Shown here one piece after another: positions 1-9,127 of a DNA stretch of 32,000 bases (the stretch's first letter is position 1; every line of letters starts with the position of its first letter). A program made the position numbers and the translations under genes. Where the stretch lies: positions 180,001 to 212,000 of the forward strand of contig NC_017039.1 in NCBI RefSeq assembly GCF_000284455.1, given 5' to 3'. Under the pieces are notes generated by a model that worked only from the letters and a program-made list of their open reading frames with translations, did not search any database and was not told where the DNA came from. This DNA comes from Synechocystis sp. PCC 6803 substr. PCC-P. Lineage in GTDB: Bacteria; Cyanobacteriota; Cyanobacteriia; Cyanobacteriales; Microcystaceae.

Positions 1-1047
1 ATCAGTCCATTGCTTTTAGAAGTTGATACCCATTGGCACGGGGAAAGTTTTTTTTGTTTTCTCAGTTCGGACATCAGCCTGTTAATTTTGCTGAATGAAT
101 CCCCAGAAAACCCCAAAGTGGTAAATATTTTGCAAAGCTTTTCCCCCCGGTTGATTGGACATTTTTTGAGTCAACTAAAGCAATTATTGGTGGTGGCGGA
201 CGATTTACCAGTGGATTTGTTCGCAACGGAAGAACTCCCCCCCAGCGCTGATTTAGATCTGGTTAACCAATTGGTGCAAGGGATGGGACCACCCCTTAGA
301 AAAAGTACGGCCGATGATCCTAAGCCGTCAAATTACACGGCGATCGCCAACTCCTTTGGAATTAGTTTAATTAGAGAATTGGGTATTCCCCTGACCAATG
401 CGAAAACAGCTTTACAATTGCTGGAATCTTTTCAACAAAAAAAGGAACTCCGCCAGCGATATTTAGACTTAATTAGGCAAAACTGCGATCGCCAAACGGA
501 TTTGATCACTGGCTTGCAGGACTTGTTGGAAATTGATGCCACTGCCCCCTCCCCGGAATCGGTGCCCATTGCCGATTGCATTAGGAGTGTAATCGGTATT
601 TACCAACCCATTGCCGCTGAAAAATCAATCACCTTAAATTCCACTGTGGTAGAAAACTGTCCTCCAGTGGCCTGTTCTCGGGCGGATTTGCAAGCCATAC
701 TGCAAAGATTGCTGGAAAATGCCCTGCAATTCACTGACCCTGGGGGGCAGGTACAAATTAAAGCCTATCACCAGGGATTTCAGGTGGAAATTGTGGTGAA
801 TGATAATGGTTGTGGCATTGCCATGGCGGACATTCCCCATTTATTTGATTGTTTTTTCCGGGGTCAAAATACGTCCTCGGCAACCCAGGGAGCGGGGCTT
901 GGTTTGACCATTGTCCATCGCCTAGTGGAACGTTGGAGCGGCAAAATTACTGTCCACAGTCGCCCCAAACAAGGTAGTAATTTCCACATTTTTTTGCCAG
1001 CTATGGTGGATAATTCCCTCGGCCACCGTTTTGTCCTCAGTAACTAG
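1..1047 (+). CDS. Histidine-kinase-like protein, C-terminal part (5' end runs off the window); ATP-binding domain intact, H-box His replaced by Arg
   Basis: Frame 1 is open from base 1 (ISPLLLEVD...) to a stop at 1045-1047. It has an N box (LENALQFT), a G1 box (VNDNGCGI) and a G2 box (GAGLGLTIV). The DHp-like helix FGISLIRELGIPLTNAKTAL aligns to the canonical SHELRTPLT H-box but has R at the His position. Confidence 0.8.
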   Translation: MSPLLLEVDTHWHGESFFCFLSSDISLLILLNESPENPKVVNILQSFSPRLIGHFLSQLKQLLVVADDLPVDLFATEELPPSADLDLVNQLVQGMGPPLRKSTADDPKPSNYTAIANSFGISLIRELGIPLTNAKTALQLLESFQQKKELRQRYLDLIRQNCDRQTDLITGLQDLLEIDATAPSPESVPIADCIRSVIGIYQPIAAEKSITLNSTVVENCPPVACSRADLQAILQRLLENALQFTDPGGQVQIKAYHQGFQVEIVVNDNGCGIAMADIPHLFDCFFRGQNTSSATQGAGLGLTIVHRLVERWSGKITVHSRPKQGSNFHIFLPAMVDNSLGHRFVLSN

Positions 1048-1072
1048 GTTTTACGCTCTGATGTCGTGATTT

Positions 1073-2221
1073 GTGGGTCTTGATCCGCCGTTGCCAATGT
1101 TGTTTAAATCCCGCCGTAATCTGGTTATTCTTCTGGCGATCGCCGTGGTGGCGGTGGCGGCGCTGCTGTGGACTGGGCCGGGCCAGGCCGACCATCTGCA
1201 AGGGTCCACCTATAGTACTACTCCAGGGGGCTATGGGGCTTGGTGGCAATGGATGGAAAAAGCTGGAACTCCGGTGCAACGATGGCGCAAACCCGGAGAC
1301 AAGTTAACGACCCTCTCTAGTCCGGCAACTTTGCTGAAAATTAACCCTAGGTCCATCCTCAACTTTTCTCCCTATGATGACGGTGGCAGTATTAACCCCA
1401 GCGAATCTGAATGGGTAGCCCAGGGTAATCGTTTGGTTTACCTGGGACGATGGGCGGAATTAACCGATGCTCCCTTTACCCAAACCGTAGTAACAGACCA
1501 GGGCCCCATAAGTATTCAGGGAAGACGGAGATCGCCACAGCAGGAAGGCAAAATATTAGCGGACAAATACGGCACCTTAATTTGGCGGCAACGGCAAGGC
1601 AAAGGAGAAATTATCTGGGTAGTACCTCCCTTTTTGGCGGCTAATGCTTTTCAGGATGAACCGGCTAACTTTGCCCTGCTCCAATCTTTGCTAACTGAAG
1701 GCCATAATCCCCTGTGGGTGGATGAATATTTACACGGCTATAAGGACGCAGAAACTCTCCAGCAGGAAGGGGTGGAATCGGTGTGGGCCTATCTGCAAAA
1801 CACTCCCCTACTACTCATTTTTCTGCAATCCTTAGTGGTGGTGACACTCCTAGCTATTTTTGGGAATCGGCGTTTTGGCCAACCCCAAACTCCCCCTAGC
1901 CTGGCCAGTAACAATAACCAAGCCTATATCAATGCCCTCGCCCAGGTCTTGGAAAAAGGCGATCGCCCCCAATTTGTGGTGCAACAGTTGCTCCAGGCAG
2001 AAAGTCCTTCCCTAGAGAGACGATTGGGTAACTTGCCCACAGCCCAGGCCAGGGAAGCAATGGCGGCCTTGCTGACCAACCTTAGCCAGCCAGACAAATT
2101 GCCCAAACAGGAAGCTGACTTAAGGGTATGGTTAAAACAATGGCAACAACTACAAGCCCAACTGCCCCCCTCCAGCTCAAATCCATCGGGTAAGGTCCTC
2201 AAATCCAGTGCGGCAGAGTAA
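1073..2221 (+). CDS. DUF4350-like membrane protein, the usual partner of MoxR operons
   Basis: 382-aa ORF starting at GTG 1073, with a likelier ATG at 1097 (MLFKSRRNLVILLAIAVVAVAALLW, an N-terminal TM helix). It has a second TM helix (LLLIFLQSLVVVTLLAIFG) after a WVDEYLHGY motif typical of DUF4350 as I recall it. It lies directly upstream of a MoxR ATPase on the same strand. Confidence 0.6.
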   Translation: MGLDPPLPMLFKSRRNLVILLAIAVVAVAALLWTGPGQADHLQGSTYSTTPGGYGAWWQWMEKAGTPVQRWRKPGDKLTTLSSPATLLKINPRSILNFSPYDDGGSINPSESEWVAQGNRLVYLGRWAELTDAPFTQTVVTDQGPISIQGRRRSPQQEGKILADKYGTLIWRQRQGKGEIIWVVPPFLAANAFQDEPANFALLQSLLTEGHNPLWVDEYLHGYKDAETLQQEGVESVWAYLQNTPLLLIFLQSLVVVTLLAIFGNRRFGQPQTPPSLASNNNQAYINALAQVLEKGDRPQFVVQQLLQAESPSLERRLGNLPTAQAREAMAALLTNLSQPDKLPKQEADLRVWLKQWQQLQAQLPPSSSNPSGKVLKSSAAE

Positions 2222-2353
2222 CCGATTAAGTTTAAGTTAATATTTTGTGCTCGGTTCGGTGTTTTTAGGTGTTAATTTATGGCCTTTGCCAATAAATTTT
2301 GCTAGAAGTACCATTGCCATCAATTTCTTGATTTTTTCCCTTGACCAAACCCT

Positions 2354-3298
2354 ATGACCCGTCCCCTGTTTAACGAACTCCGTGGCCATTTGGAAGCATT
2401 TTTGGTGGGTCAACCCCATCTCATCCAAGAATTATTGGTGGCCCTGTTGGCAGGGGGCCATGTGATCATTGAGGGGGTGCCGGGGACAGGCAAAACCCTG
2501 TTGGTGAAACTTCTAGCCCAATCAATTCAATCCCAATTTAGGCGGGTACAACTGACTCCAGATATGTTGCCCTCCGATATGGTGGGGGTAAACGTGTTTG
2601 ACTTCAACCAGCAAGCCTTTAGCCTCAAACAGGGCCCTGTATTTACGGAAATTTTGCTGGCAGATGAAATTAACCGCACTCCCCCCAAAACCCAGTCCGC
2701 CCTGCTTGAAGCGATGGAAGAGCAACAGGTGACCCTCGATGGTCATACCTATGCCCTGCCGCCTTTATTCTGGGTGGTGGCCACCCAAAACCCCTTGGAA
2801 TTTGAAGGTACCTATCCCTTGCCAGAAGCCCAACTAGACCGCTTTTTATTTAAGCTAGTGGTGGACTATCCTCCCCCGGCCGCGGCCAAACAAATGTTGG
2901 TCAATTTTCAGCAGGGTTTCCACGCCCAACGACAAGACCTGGAACAGTTAACCGCCATTGCCACCGTAGAAGAAATTTTGGCTAGTCGGCGATCAGTAGA
3001 AGATATTGCGGTGGATGAAAAACTATTGGATTATCTCTTGGCCCTGGTGGAAAAAACCCGCTATCATCCCGATATTCTGATTGGAGCTTCCCCTAGGGCC
3101 TCCCTCCGTTGGTTGCAAGCCGCAAAGGCCGATGCTTGGCTTAATGGCCAGGAATATTTACTGCCGGATAATCTCAAAACCGTTGCTCCGCCGTTATTGC
3201 GCCACCGTTTAATTCTAAGGCCGGAAGCCCAGCTTGATGGCATTGGCATTGATGAAGTGATCACCGCCATTCTGGAGCAGACCCCGGTGCCCCGTTGA
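2354..3298 (+). CDS. MoxR-family AAA+ ATPase
   Basis: Walker A GVPGTGKT, Walker B LLADEINR, and the MoxR-typical stretches TPDMLPSDMVG, VATQNPLEFEGTYPLPEAQLDRF and GASPRA. 314 aa, the typical length. Confidence 0.9.
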   Translation: MTRPLFNELRGHLEAFLVGQPHLIQELLVALLAGGHVIIEGVPGTGKTLLVKLLAQSIQSQFRRVQLTPDMLPSDMVGVNVFDFNQQAFSLKQGPVFTEILLADEINRTPPKTQSALLEAMEEQQVTLDGHTYALPPLFWVVATQNPLEFEGTYPLPEAQLDRFLFKLVVDYPPPAAAKQMLVNFQQGFHAQRQDLEQLTAIATVEEILASRRSVEDIAVDEKLLDYLLALVEKTRYHPDILIGASPRASLRWLQAAKADAWLNGQEYLLPDNLKTVAPPLLRHRLILRPEAQLDGIGIDEVITAILEQTPVPR

Positions 3299-3492
3299 CA
3301 AAGACAATGGCAAAGTTCCATGGCTAATCCCTCATTCGTTGACGACAAAAGAAGAAGTTTAGCCAAGACCCAATTGTTGCCATAGGGAATTTCCGCCCAC
3401 AGCCTCCCCCGTTGTCGCTAAGATGGAAACTAAAGCTGTTGAATTTACTTTTAATTTTCCTCTAACTTTTGCATAGGAGTTCAAGCCTAACC

Positions 3493-3849
3493 ATGAGCCA
3501 AGCCACCGCTACCCAAGCCAAAGGCATCCAACTTTCCGATGCGGCCCTCAAACACCTCCTGGCCCTGAAAGAACAACAGGGCAAAGATCTTTGTTTACGG
3601 GTGGGGGTACGTCAAGGGGGCTGTTCTGGCATGTCCTACATGATGGACTTTGAAGAACCGAACCGGGCAACGGAACATGATGAAGTGTTTGATTATGAAG
3701 GTTTTCAGATTATCTGCGACCGGAAAAGTTTGCTATATCTCTATGGTTTAATGCTGGACTACAGCAATGCCCTCATTGGTGGAGGGTTCCAGTTTACCAA
3801 TCCTAATGCTAATCAAACCTGTGGTTGTGGTAAATCCTTTGGGGTTTAA
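3493..3849 (+). CDS. iscA: IscA/HesB/SufA-family iron-sulfur cluster assembly (A-type carrier) protein
   Basis: Start is ATG 3493 (MSQATATQ...); the TTG 3469 extension is unlikely. It carries the family motifs GGCSGMSY and the C-terminal CGCGKSF. About 118 aa. Confidence 0.9.
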   Translation: MSQATATQAKGIQLSDAALKHLLALKEQQGKDLCLRVGVRQGGCSGMSYMMDFEEPNRATEHDEVFDYEGFQIICDRKSLLYLYGLMLDYSNALIGGGFQFTNPNANQTCGCGKSFGV

Positions 3850-3891
3850 ATTTTCATTCTAGTTTTGGCGATCGAACGGTAAAAACACCAG

Positions 3892-3933
3892 AAAAAATTA
3901 GGGTAGGAGTGGTGGCTCCTGCTCTTTTTTTTT
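3892..3933. terminator. Probable bidirectional intrinsic terminator between convergent iscA-like and EamA genes
   Basis: Hairpin AGGAG-tggtgg-CTCCT (3905-3920) with an A6 run upstream (3892-3897) and a T9 run downstream (3925-3933). The stem is only 5 bp, so the call is tentative. Confidence 0.45.
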
Positions 3934-3934
3934 G

Positions 3935-4924
3935 CTATTTTAGGGAATTTTTTCCCGTACTGGGACTAACTTTTTCGTAGTTGAGCAAGGCAATGCTAAA
4001 CGTAACTAGGCATACCCCGAAAATTTGGATATTGGTGAGGCTTTCTTGAATAGCTAATCCTGCTAGCACCACCGTCAAAGCGGGATTGGTTGCCCCAATA
4101 ATAGCCGCTCGACTAGCACCGATTAAATGGATACCCCAGTTATTGAGCACATGGCCCGCCAAAGTAAATAAAGCGGACAACAGGGAACCAATGGTGATGG
4201 CAAGCCAGGGTAAATTACCTTCATGGGGTTGCCAAATGATTAAACAAAGAATGGACAGAATTAACGTGGTGGCAAAACTGATCCAGGTGAAGGGAACGGG
4301 ATGGAGTCTTTGAAAGCTCCTTTGGGCAAATACCGTATAGCCCGCATAGACAATGCCCGAAGCAATGCCTGTGCTAACGCCCAAAACTAAAGTTTGTTGC
4401 TCGCCACCGTAGGCATAGGGAATGGTTAAAAATGTGCCGATTAAAGTTAAACCAATCACTAACCAACGCAATAAACTGGGAACATCGTTAAATAACCGCC
4501 ATGCTAATAATGCAGTAAAGATTGGGTAAGTAAAAAATAGAGTGATGGCGATACCAGTGGGAATAAAGCTAATGGAAATGTAGAGTAAGACTAGGTAGAG
4601 AAACATTAAAAATCCACAACCCATGGCCTCCCAAATTACCGGACGATTAACTGGTTGTTTTAGTTGATTAATTTCCCGCCAAGTATTGCCATAAAGGCGT
4701 TGGGAAATTAAGGCCATGAGAGGCACAACCCAAAGCATTCTCAATAGTAGAAGAAGAAAGGAGTGGCTCAGGGTAGGGGTCACGAAACCGCCAACTTGCC
4801 AAATGCCCAAAATATTTTGCTGGGAATATAAAATCCGGACAATGACGTTATGAAAACAAAAGAAGATAGCGGCCAGGAGGACTATCAATAGTCCCATCAG
4901 ATTAACATTAGATAAAATTCGCAT
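3935..4924 (-). CDS. EamA/DMT-superfamily permease
   Basis: 329 aa, very hydrophobic, with about 10 predicted TM helices arranged as two similar halves, as expected for the drug/metabolite transporter family. Confidence 0.75.
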   Translation of the reverse strand: MRILSNVNLMGLLIVLLAAIFFCFHNVIVRILYSQQNILGIWQVGGFVTPTLSHSFLLLLLRMLWVVPLMALISQRLYGNTWREINQLKQPVNRPVIWEAMGCGFLMFLYLVLLYISISFIPTGIAITLFFTYPIFTALLAWRLFNDVPSLLRWLVIGLTLIGTFLTIPYAYGGEQQTLVLGVSTGIASGIVYAGYTVFAQRSFQRLHPVPFTWISFATTLILSILCLIIWQPHEGNLPWLAITIGSLLSALFTLAGHVLNNWGIHLIGASRAAIIGATNPALTVVLAGLAIQESLTNIQIFGVCLVTFSIALLNYEKVSPSTGKNSLK

Positions 4925-4967
4925 AATTCTTTGGTGCCGCTACTCCGAAATGGGACCATCGTCGTCC

Positions 4968-5636
4968 CTAAAAATGAACTTGACCAAGGATATGGCGTAG
5001 GCGATCGTAGTCATCTTTGAGGAGCAAACTAAGGTGACGGCCGACGGTTACTAGCCAGGCCCGATCGCCTTGGCGGAGAAGATAAATTTCCCTGAGGGCG
5101 GCGGCAATCAGGGCATCCACAGGGGCATCGCTAATTTGCAAAAGAATCCGCAAAAAATCAGGGGAATTAGTAAATTCCATTACTTCTTGGCGATCGCACT
5201 GAAACACAGCTTGGTGAATTTGGGGTGGACGAGGCGGTAAATAGTGAAACACCCTACCGGAGATGGGACCGCGACCATTAATACCCGACTCTCGGCTCTG
5301 GAAACCCACGATCGCCGCTTGAAATTCCGTGGTTAACATGGCAAAAATTTGAGGCTGCTGTTCCCGCAGTTCCCCCAGGGAAAGACCTAGGGCCCTGGCC
5401 CGATGAATGGAATCGATGGGCATGGTGGTGGCATAACTAACCACCGCAAAAATGGTATTACCAGAATCTTCATCTGTGGCCTTCACCCAACTACCAAAGG
5501 CAGGCATGGTGGGAAAATTCAATTCTTCCGGTTCCAGACATTGGGCTAAAAAGCCAGTGGTGCTGGTTTCAATTACCTCTGCAATATGGTGGGGATGGCG
5601 TTCATCAAGGCTAAATTGAACTGGTGACGAGGGCAT
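4968..5636 (-). CDS. Hypothetical protein; the N-terminal region is possibly a small beta-barrel
   Basis: 222-aa ORF with coding-like composition and no competing ORF. I recognise no catalytic motif. The HAS-barrel-like impression from HIAEVIETSTTGFLAQC...GSWVKA...IFAVVSY is weak. Confidence 0.55.
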   Translation of the reverse strand: MPSSPVQFSLDERHPHHIAEVIETSTTGFLAQCLEPEELNFPTMPAFGSWVKATDEDSGNTIFAVVSYATTMPIDSIHRARALGLSLGELREQQPQIFAMLTTEFQAAIVGFQSRESGINGRGPISGRVFHYLPPRPPQIHQAVFQCDRQEVMEFTNSPDFLRILLQISDAPVDALIAAALREIYLLRQGDRAWLVTVGRHLSLLLKDDYDRLRHILGQVHF

Positions 5637-5771
5637 AAAACTAGCAAAATCAAAGAATAATTATGAGATTTAAGAATTAATTTAGAGTTATCGAGATTTT
5701 ACTAAAGCTGATTTAAAATTAATTAGATTGAGATTAAATTAAAACTTCATTAAAACAAGTTAAAGCAATAA
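5637..5771 (-). promoter_or_regulatory. AT-rich (about 80% A+T) intergenic region, likely promoter/UP region for the 4968-5636 gene
   Basis: Much more AT-rich than its surroundings. The palindrome AATTAATT occurs twice (5675-5682 and 5717-5724, 42 bp apart) and GAGATT motifs recur. No transcription start site can be derived from sequence alone. Confidence 0.3.
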
Positions 5772-6554
5772 TTAACTAATCGGGCCATCAATGCTACCGG
5801 AGAAAAATTGCTTCAATAAAGGGTGCTCAGATTTGTAGGCATCCGCTGTGGAACCATCCCACTGAATTTTGCCATCGTAAAGAAAAATAATCCGGTCGGT
5901 GGTGTTATCAATAGTACTGAATTGGTGGGTAACAATTAGGTAACAACAACAAACATGATCTTGGCTGAGCAGGTGACGAATTAAACTCTCAATTCTAGTG
6001 GATGCCACCGGGTCTAACCCAGCGGTGGGTTCATCGTAAAGCAAAATATTTTTATATTGCTGATGTTGTTCCGGATTGATGACGATCGCCCGGGCCAAAC
6101 TGACCCGTTTACGCATGCCACCGGACAATTCCGCTGGGAATCGATCGCCAATGCCCGGCAAGCCCACCAACTCTAAATTTTCTTCCACAATGGCCCTAAT
6201 TTCCCTCGGCCGTAGGTCTGAATCTCGGTAGAGGGTAAAGCCGACATTTTCCGCCACAGTGAGGGAATCAAACAGGGCCGATTGCTGAAACACTAAACCC
6301 ACCCCTAAAGCTTTTTCCCCTTCTTCAATGGAACGTTGACGGCGATGGCCATGGACGATTACCTCGCCGCTGTCGGGGGTGAGTAAGCCCGCCACAATGC
6401 GCAAAATAGTTGATTTGCCCGTCCCCGATGGCCCAATTACCCCCACTGCTTCCCCTGGGTAAATTTTCAGGTCCACATCATCGAGGATCACTTTTCGGCC
6501 AAAGCTTTGGCTCACGCCGCGGAATTCAATAATGGGCTGGACTGGTTCACTCAT
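5772..6554 (-). CDS. ABC transporter ATP-binding protein, MlaF/TGD3-like
   Basis: Walker A GPSGTGKST, ABC signature LSGGMRKRVSLARA, Walker B ILLYDEPTAGLD and H-loop VTHQ. There is no adjacent permease gene. Confidence 0.9.
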   Translation of the reverse strand: MSEPVQPIIEFRGVSQSFGRKVILDDVDLKIYPGEAVGVIGPSGTGKSTILRIVAGLLTPDSGEVIVHGHRRQRSIEEGEKALGVGLVFQQSALFDSLTVAENVGFTLYRDSDLRPREIRAIVEENLELVGLPGIGDRFPAELSGGMRKRVSLARAIVINPEQHQQYKNILLYDEPTAGLDPVASTRIESLIRHLLSQDHVCCCYLIVTHQFSTIDNTTDRIIFLYDGKIQWDGSTADAYKSEHPLLKQFFSGSIDGPIS

Positions 6555-6600
6555 GGGCTTTTGAACGAAAGGAGGTGGCCGGCATTAGTAGAGTTAGAGG

Positions 6601-8898
6601 CTAATTATATTCCTTGGGAAAATTTGGCCCCAAGGCGATCGCCCCGGGAGAGTGATCAGTTTTACCATTGCTATGACTACTTTTTTGACCGTGGTGATGG
6701 TACACAATCCTTTGCTGGGGGGCACCCAGGGCAATACCAGCCAGCTCAAATGCCTTTTTCATCCTGAGACGAAATTCTCGACCCACGGGCCAATGTTGCC
6801 CTGCTTGGGTTTTAATCCACACCTGGAGCCGAATGCCCTTAGAGGCAATGTCATCCACCCCCAAAATAGCGGCCGGTTCCAAAATTTTCTCTTGCCAAAG
6901 TGGATCCTCCCGCATTTGTTCAGAAACTACCCGAATTAAATTGAGGGCTTTATCCACATTGCTGGACTGGTCAATTTCCACAATAAATTCTGCCCTGGAC
7001 CAGTCCTTGGTCAAATTTTGGACTACGGAAATTTTACCGTTGGGAATGGTGCTCAAACGGCCTTCGGGGCCCCGCAACTGAGTAATGTAAATATTCATAT
7101 TTTCCACCAGACCAAACACATCCCCAATTTGCACCACGTCACCAATGGCATAGCGGTCTGTCCAAAGAATTAGCGTGCCATTGAGCATATCTTCTACCAC
7201 GTTGCGCCCCAGAAAAGCTAGCACAAAGGCAACTCCGCCAAAACTAGCTAAGACCAAAGGATTAATGCCAAATAGCCAAATGGTGCCTAGAATACCGAGA
7301 ATGGTCAATAGTACTGAAATTCCTCCCTTGATGGCCGGGGAATAGGTCATAACCCTAAGGGTGTAACGGTTAGAATGCTCATTATAAGATTGCTGTTCCT
7401 TCGCCCAATTATTGAGCAAACCATCGACGAAAATACCGCACACCTTATCAATTAAAGTTACCCCGATCCAAAGCAGGGGAAAATACATGGCTTGGCCAAT
7501 AAATAGCAAAGTAAATGGCCTGGTGGAGGGAAAAACATAGACGATGAAGGCTCCCACAATAAAAATGCAGGAAATTTGGAGCCACAACAAAATCCAGCAC
7601 ATCAACACAGCCAAGTTGCGACGTTGTTTGAGCAGGGTTTGTCGCCGTAAATTTGAGCTAGCTAAATCACCGATGTTTTGCCAGGCATGGTTAACCCGGT
7701 CCCTGACTTGATCAGCTAGGGGCACATATAGGGGAAAATTCCGCTCCTTGGACGGCGATCCATGGCCATTTTGTCCTTCTTCTCCTTGGCGATCGGGGCC
7801 AAGTTCTGGAAACTCCGAAACTTCTTGGCTGGCTAGGCGTACTGATTCTGCACTTTCTGCCTCAATGTCTTTGGTGATGGACTGGGCTAAAACTTTTAAC
7901 TCTTGACGTAGATAGCGGTCCCGACGGTAAAAGAAAGAGCGAATTAAACCCATAATCGTGACGATCGCCAGGGCCACCACCATAAAGGCGCCACTGATGT
8001 AATAGCGGTCCCAGGGATGTTGACGATCCAGTTCGTGTCCCCATAAAGCTTTATCAAAACTACTTTGTATTCTGTCACGCCATTCATGGGCTAGTAGATT
8101 GATGGGCTTGCCATTAATAATTTCGTCAGCCTGGTTGACCGTAACAATGGTTTGCTGAGCTAGGCCAAGGCTTGGCTGACTAGGCACAAAAATTACCGTC
8201 TCATTGTTCTGAATGCCCACTTCCACATTGGGAGTAAAGGGATGGATTTCGTCAGCGGCCACATTAGCCAAATTAGGGGCCGGAGAAGAAATAATCCGGA
8301 TGGCACTCTGGGGAGCGTTACGAAAAGAAGTGGTAGGGGTTCGCCGCTCCACTGAACTGCTTTCCTGGTTGTTTTGGTTAATTTCGGGCGCGGTGGTGGT
8401 GGAGTCTCGGGAGTTAGGGGGAGCGGGGCTTGTTCCCGGCCAATTACTTGGGTTGGAGTGATAGCCAAGGCGAGATTCCCTCAGGTCAAACACCTTGGAG
8501 CGGAGAAACTGCACGTCCTTCTCGGGAATTTCCACCGTATTTAAGCTAATTAACCGAGAATAGATCGAATTAAAAATCGATTCCACTTGCTTAGCCCGAT
8601 TTTCAATGGCCTGGGCGGCCGCTTGGGAACTTTCCTCTGGATTGGGAATTAAACCCACAGTGAAGGTGACCTGGGAACTGCCCTGCAAAAACACATCACT
8701 GCACCAGAGCCGGCCACAACGTCTTGCTTTATTGGTATCCCACCAAGGGGTGCTAGAAGTATTCTGACTGCCATTGTTTCCCCCCGAAGAAAGGGTTATT
8801 TGCGCTGTAGCAGGGGGGATGAGCACCGCTAGGGTGAAGGCCAAGAGACCCAGCAGAATCAGACGCTTGACGGTGGCAAATCGGCAACCCATAGGCAT
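6601..8898 (-). CDS. Large MscS-family mechanosensitive channel protein
   Basis: The C-terminal third has the MscS core (NVVEDMLNGTLILWTDRYAIGDVVQIGDVFGLVENMNIYITQLRGPEGRLSTIPNG). The N-terminus is signal-like (LILLGLLAFTLAVLIPPATAQ). It is followed by about 290 aa that are partly low-complexity S/T/P/N-rich, then several TM helices. Confidence 0.85.
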   Translation of the reverse strand: MPMGCRFATVKRLILLGLLAFTLAVLIPPATAQITLSSGGNNGSQNTSSTPWWDTNKARRCGRLWCSDVFLQGSSQVTFTVGLIPNPEESSQAAAQAIENRAKQVESIFNSIYSRLISLNTVEIPEKDVQFLRSKVFDLRESRLGYHSNPSNWPGTSPAPPNSRDSTTTAPEINQNNQESSSVERRTPTTSFRNAPQSAIRIISSPAPNLANVAADEIHPFTPNVEVGIQNNETVIFVPSQPSLGLAQQTIVTVNQADEIINGKPINLLAHEWRDRIQSSFDKALWGHELDRQHPWDRYYISGAFMVVALAIVTIMGLIRSFFYRRDRYLRQELKVLAQSITKDIEAESAESVRLASQEVSEFPELGPDRQGEEGQNGHGSPSKERNFPLYVPLADQVRDRVNHAWQNIGDLASSNLRRQTLLKQRRNLAVLMCWILLWLQISCIFIVGAFIVYVFPSTRPFTLLFIGQAMYFPLLWIGVTLIDKVCGIFVDGLLNNWAKEQQSYNEHSNRYTLRVMTYSPAIKGGISVLLTILGILGTIWLFGINPLVLASFGGVAFVLAFLGRNVVEDMLNGTLILWTDRYAIGDVVQIGDVFGLVENMNIYITQLRGPEGRLSTIPNGKISVVQNLTKDWSRAEFIVEIDQSSNVDKALNLIRVVSEQMREDPLWQEKILEPAAILGVDDIASKGIRLQVWIKTQAGQHWPVGREFRLRMKKAFELAGIALGAPQQRIVYHHHGQKSSHSNGKTDHSPGAIALGPNFPKEYN

Positions 8899-9127
8899 GT
8901 TGGGGTTTTTGTAACGTTTTCGTAAAAATTCACCGCCATCTTAACAGTGAGTACACTTCCGAAATAGTCAATATAAACTATTGTTGTTCTCTGGGTTGGC
9001 GATTGGGGTGAAAATCGGTTTAGACTCCGTGACAAGCCTGACAAATCCCTGGAGTGGCCAATGATGTCTGGGAGCTTGGGGTTAGAAGTTTTTGGTAGGA
9101 TAGAATCGATTGTTTGTCCCTATTTCT

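Noticed and set aside
1037-1307. Overlapping 78-80 aa ORFs on both strands at the start of the DUF4350-like gene
   Set aside because: Their translations are Arg/Trp/Cys-rich and come from alternative frames of a GC-rich segment. The 382-aa frame, with TM helices and family motifs, explains the region.
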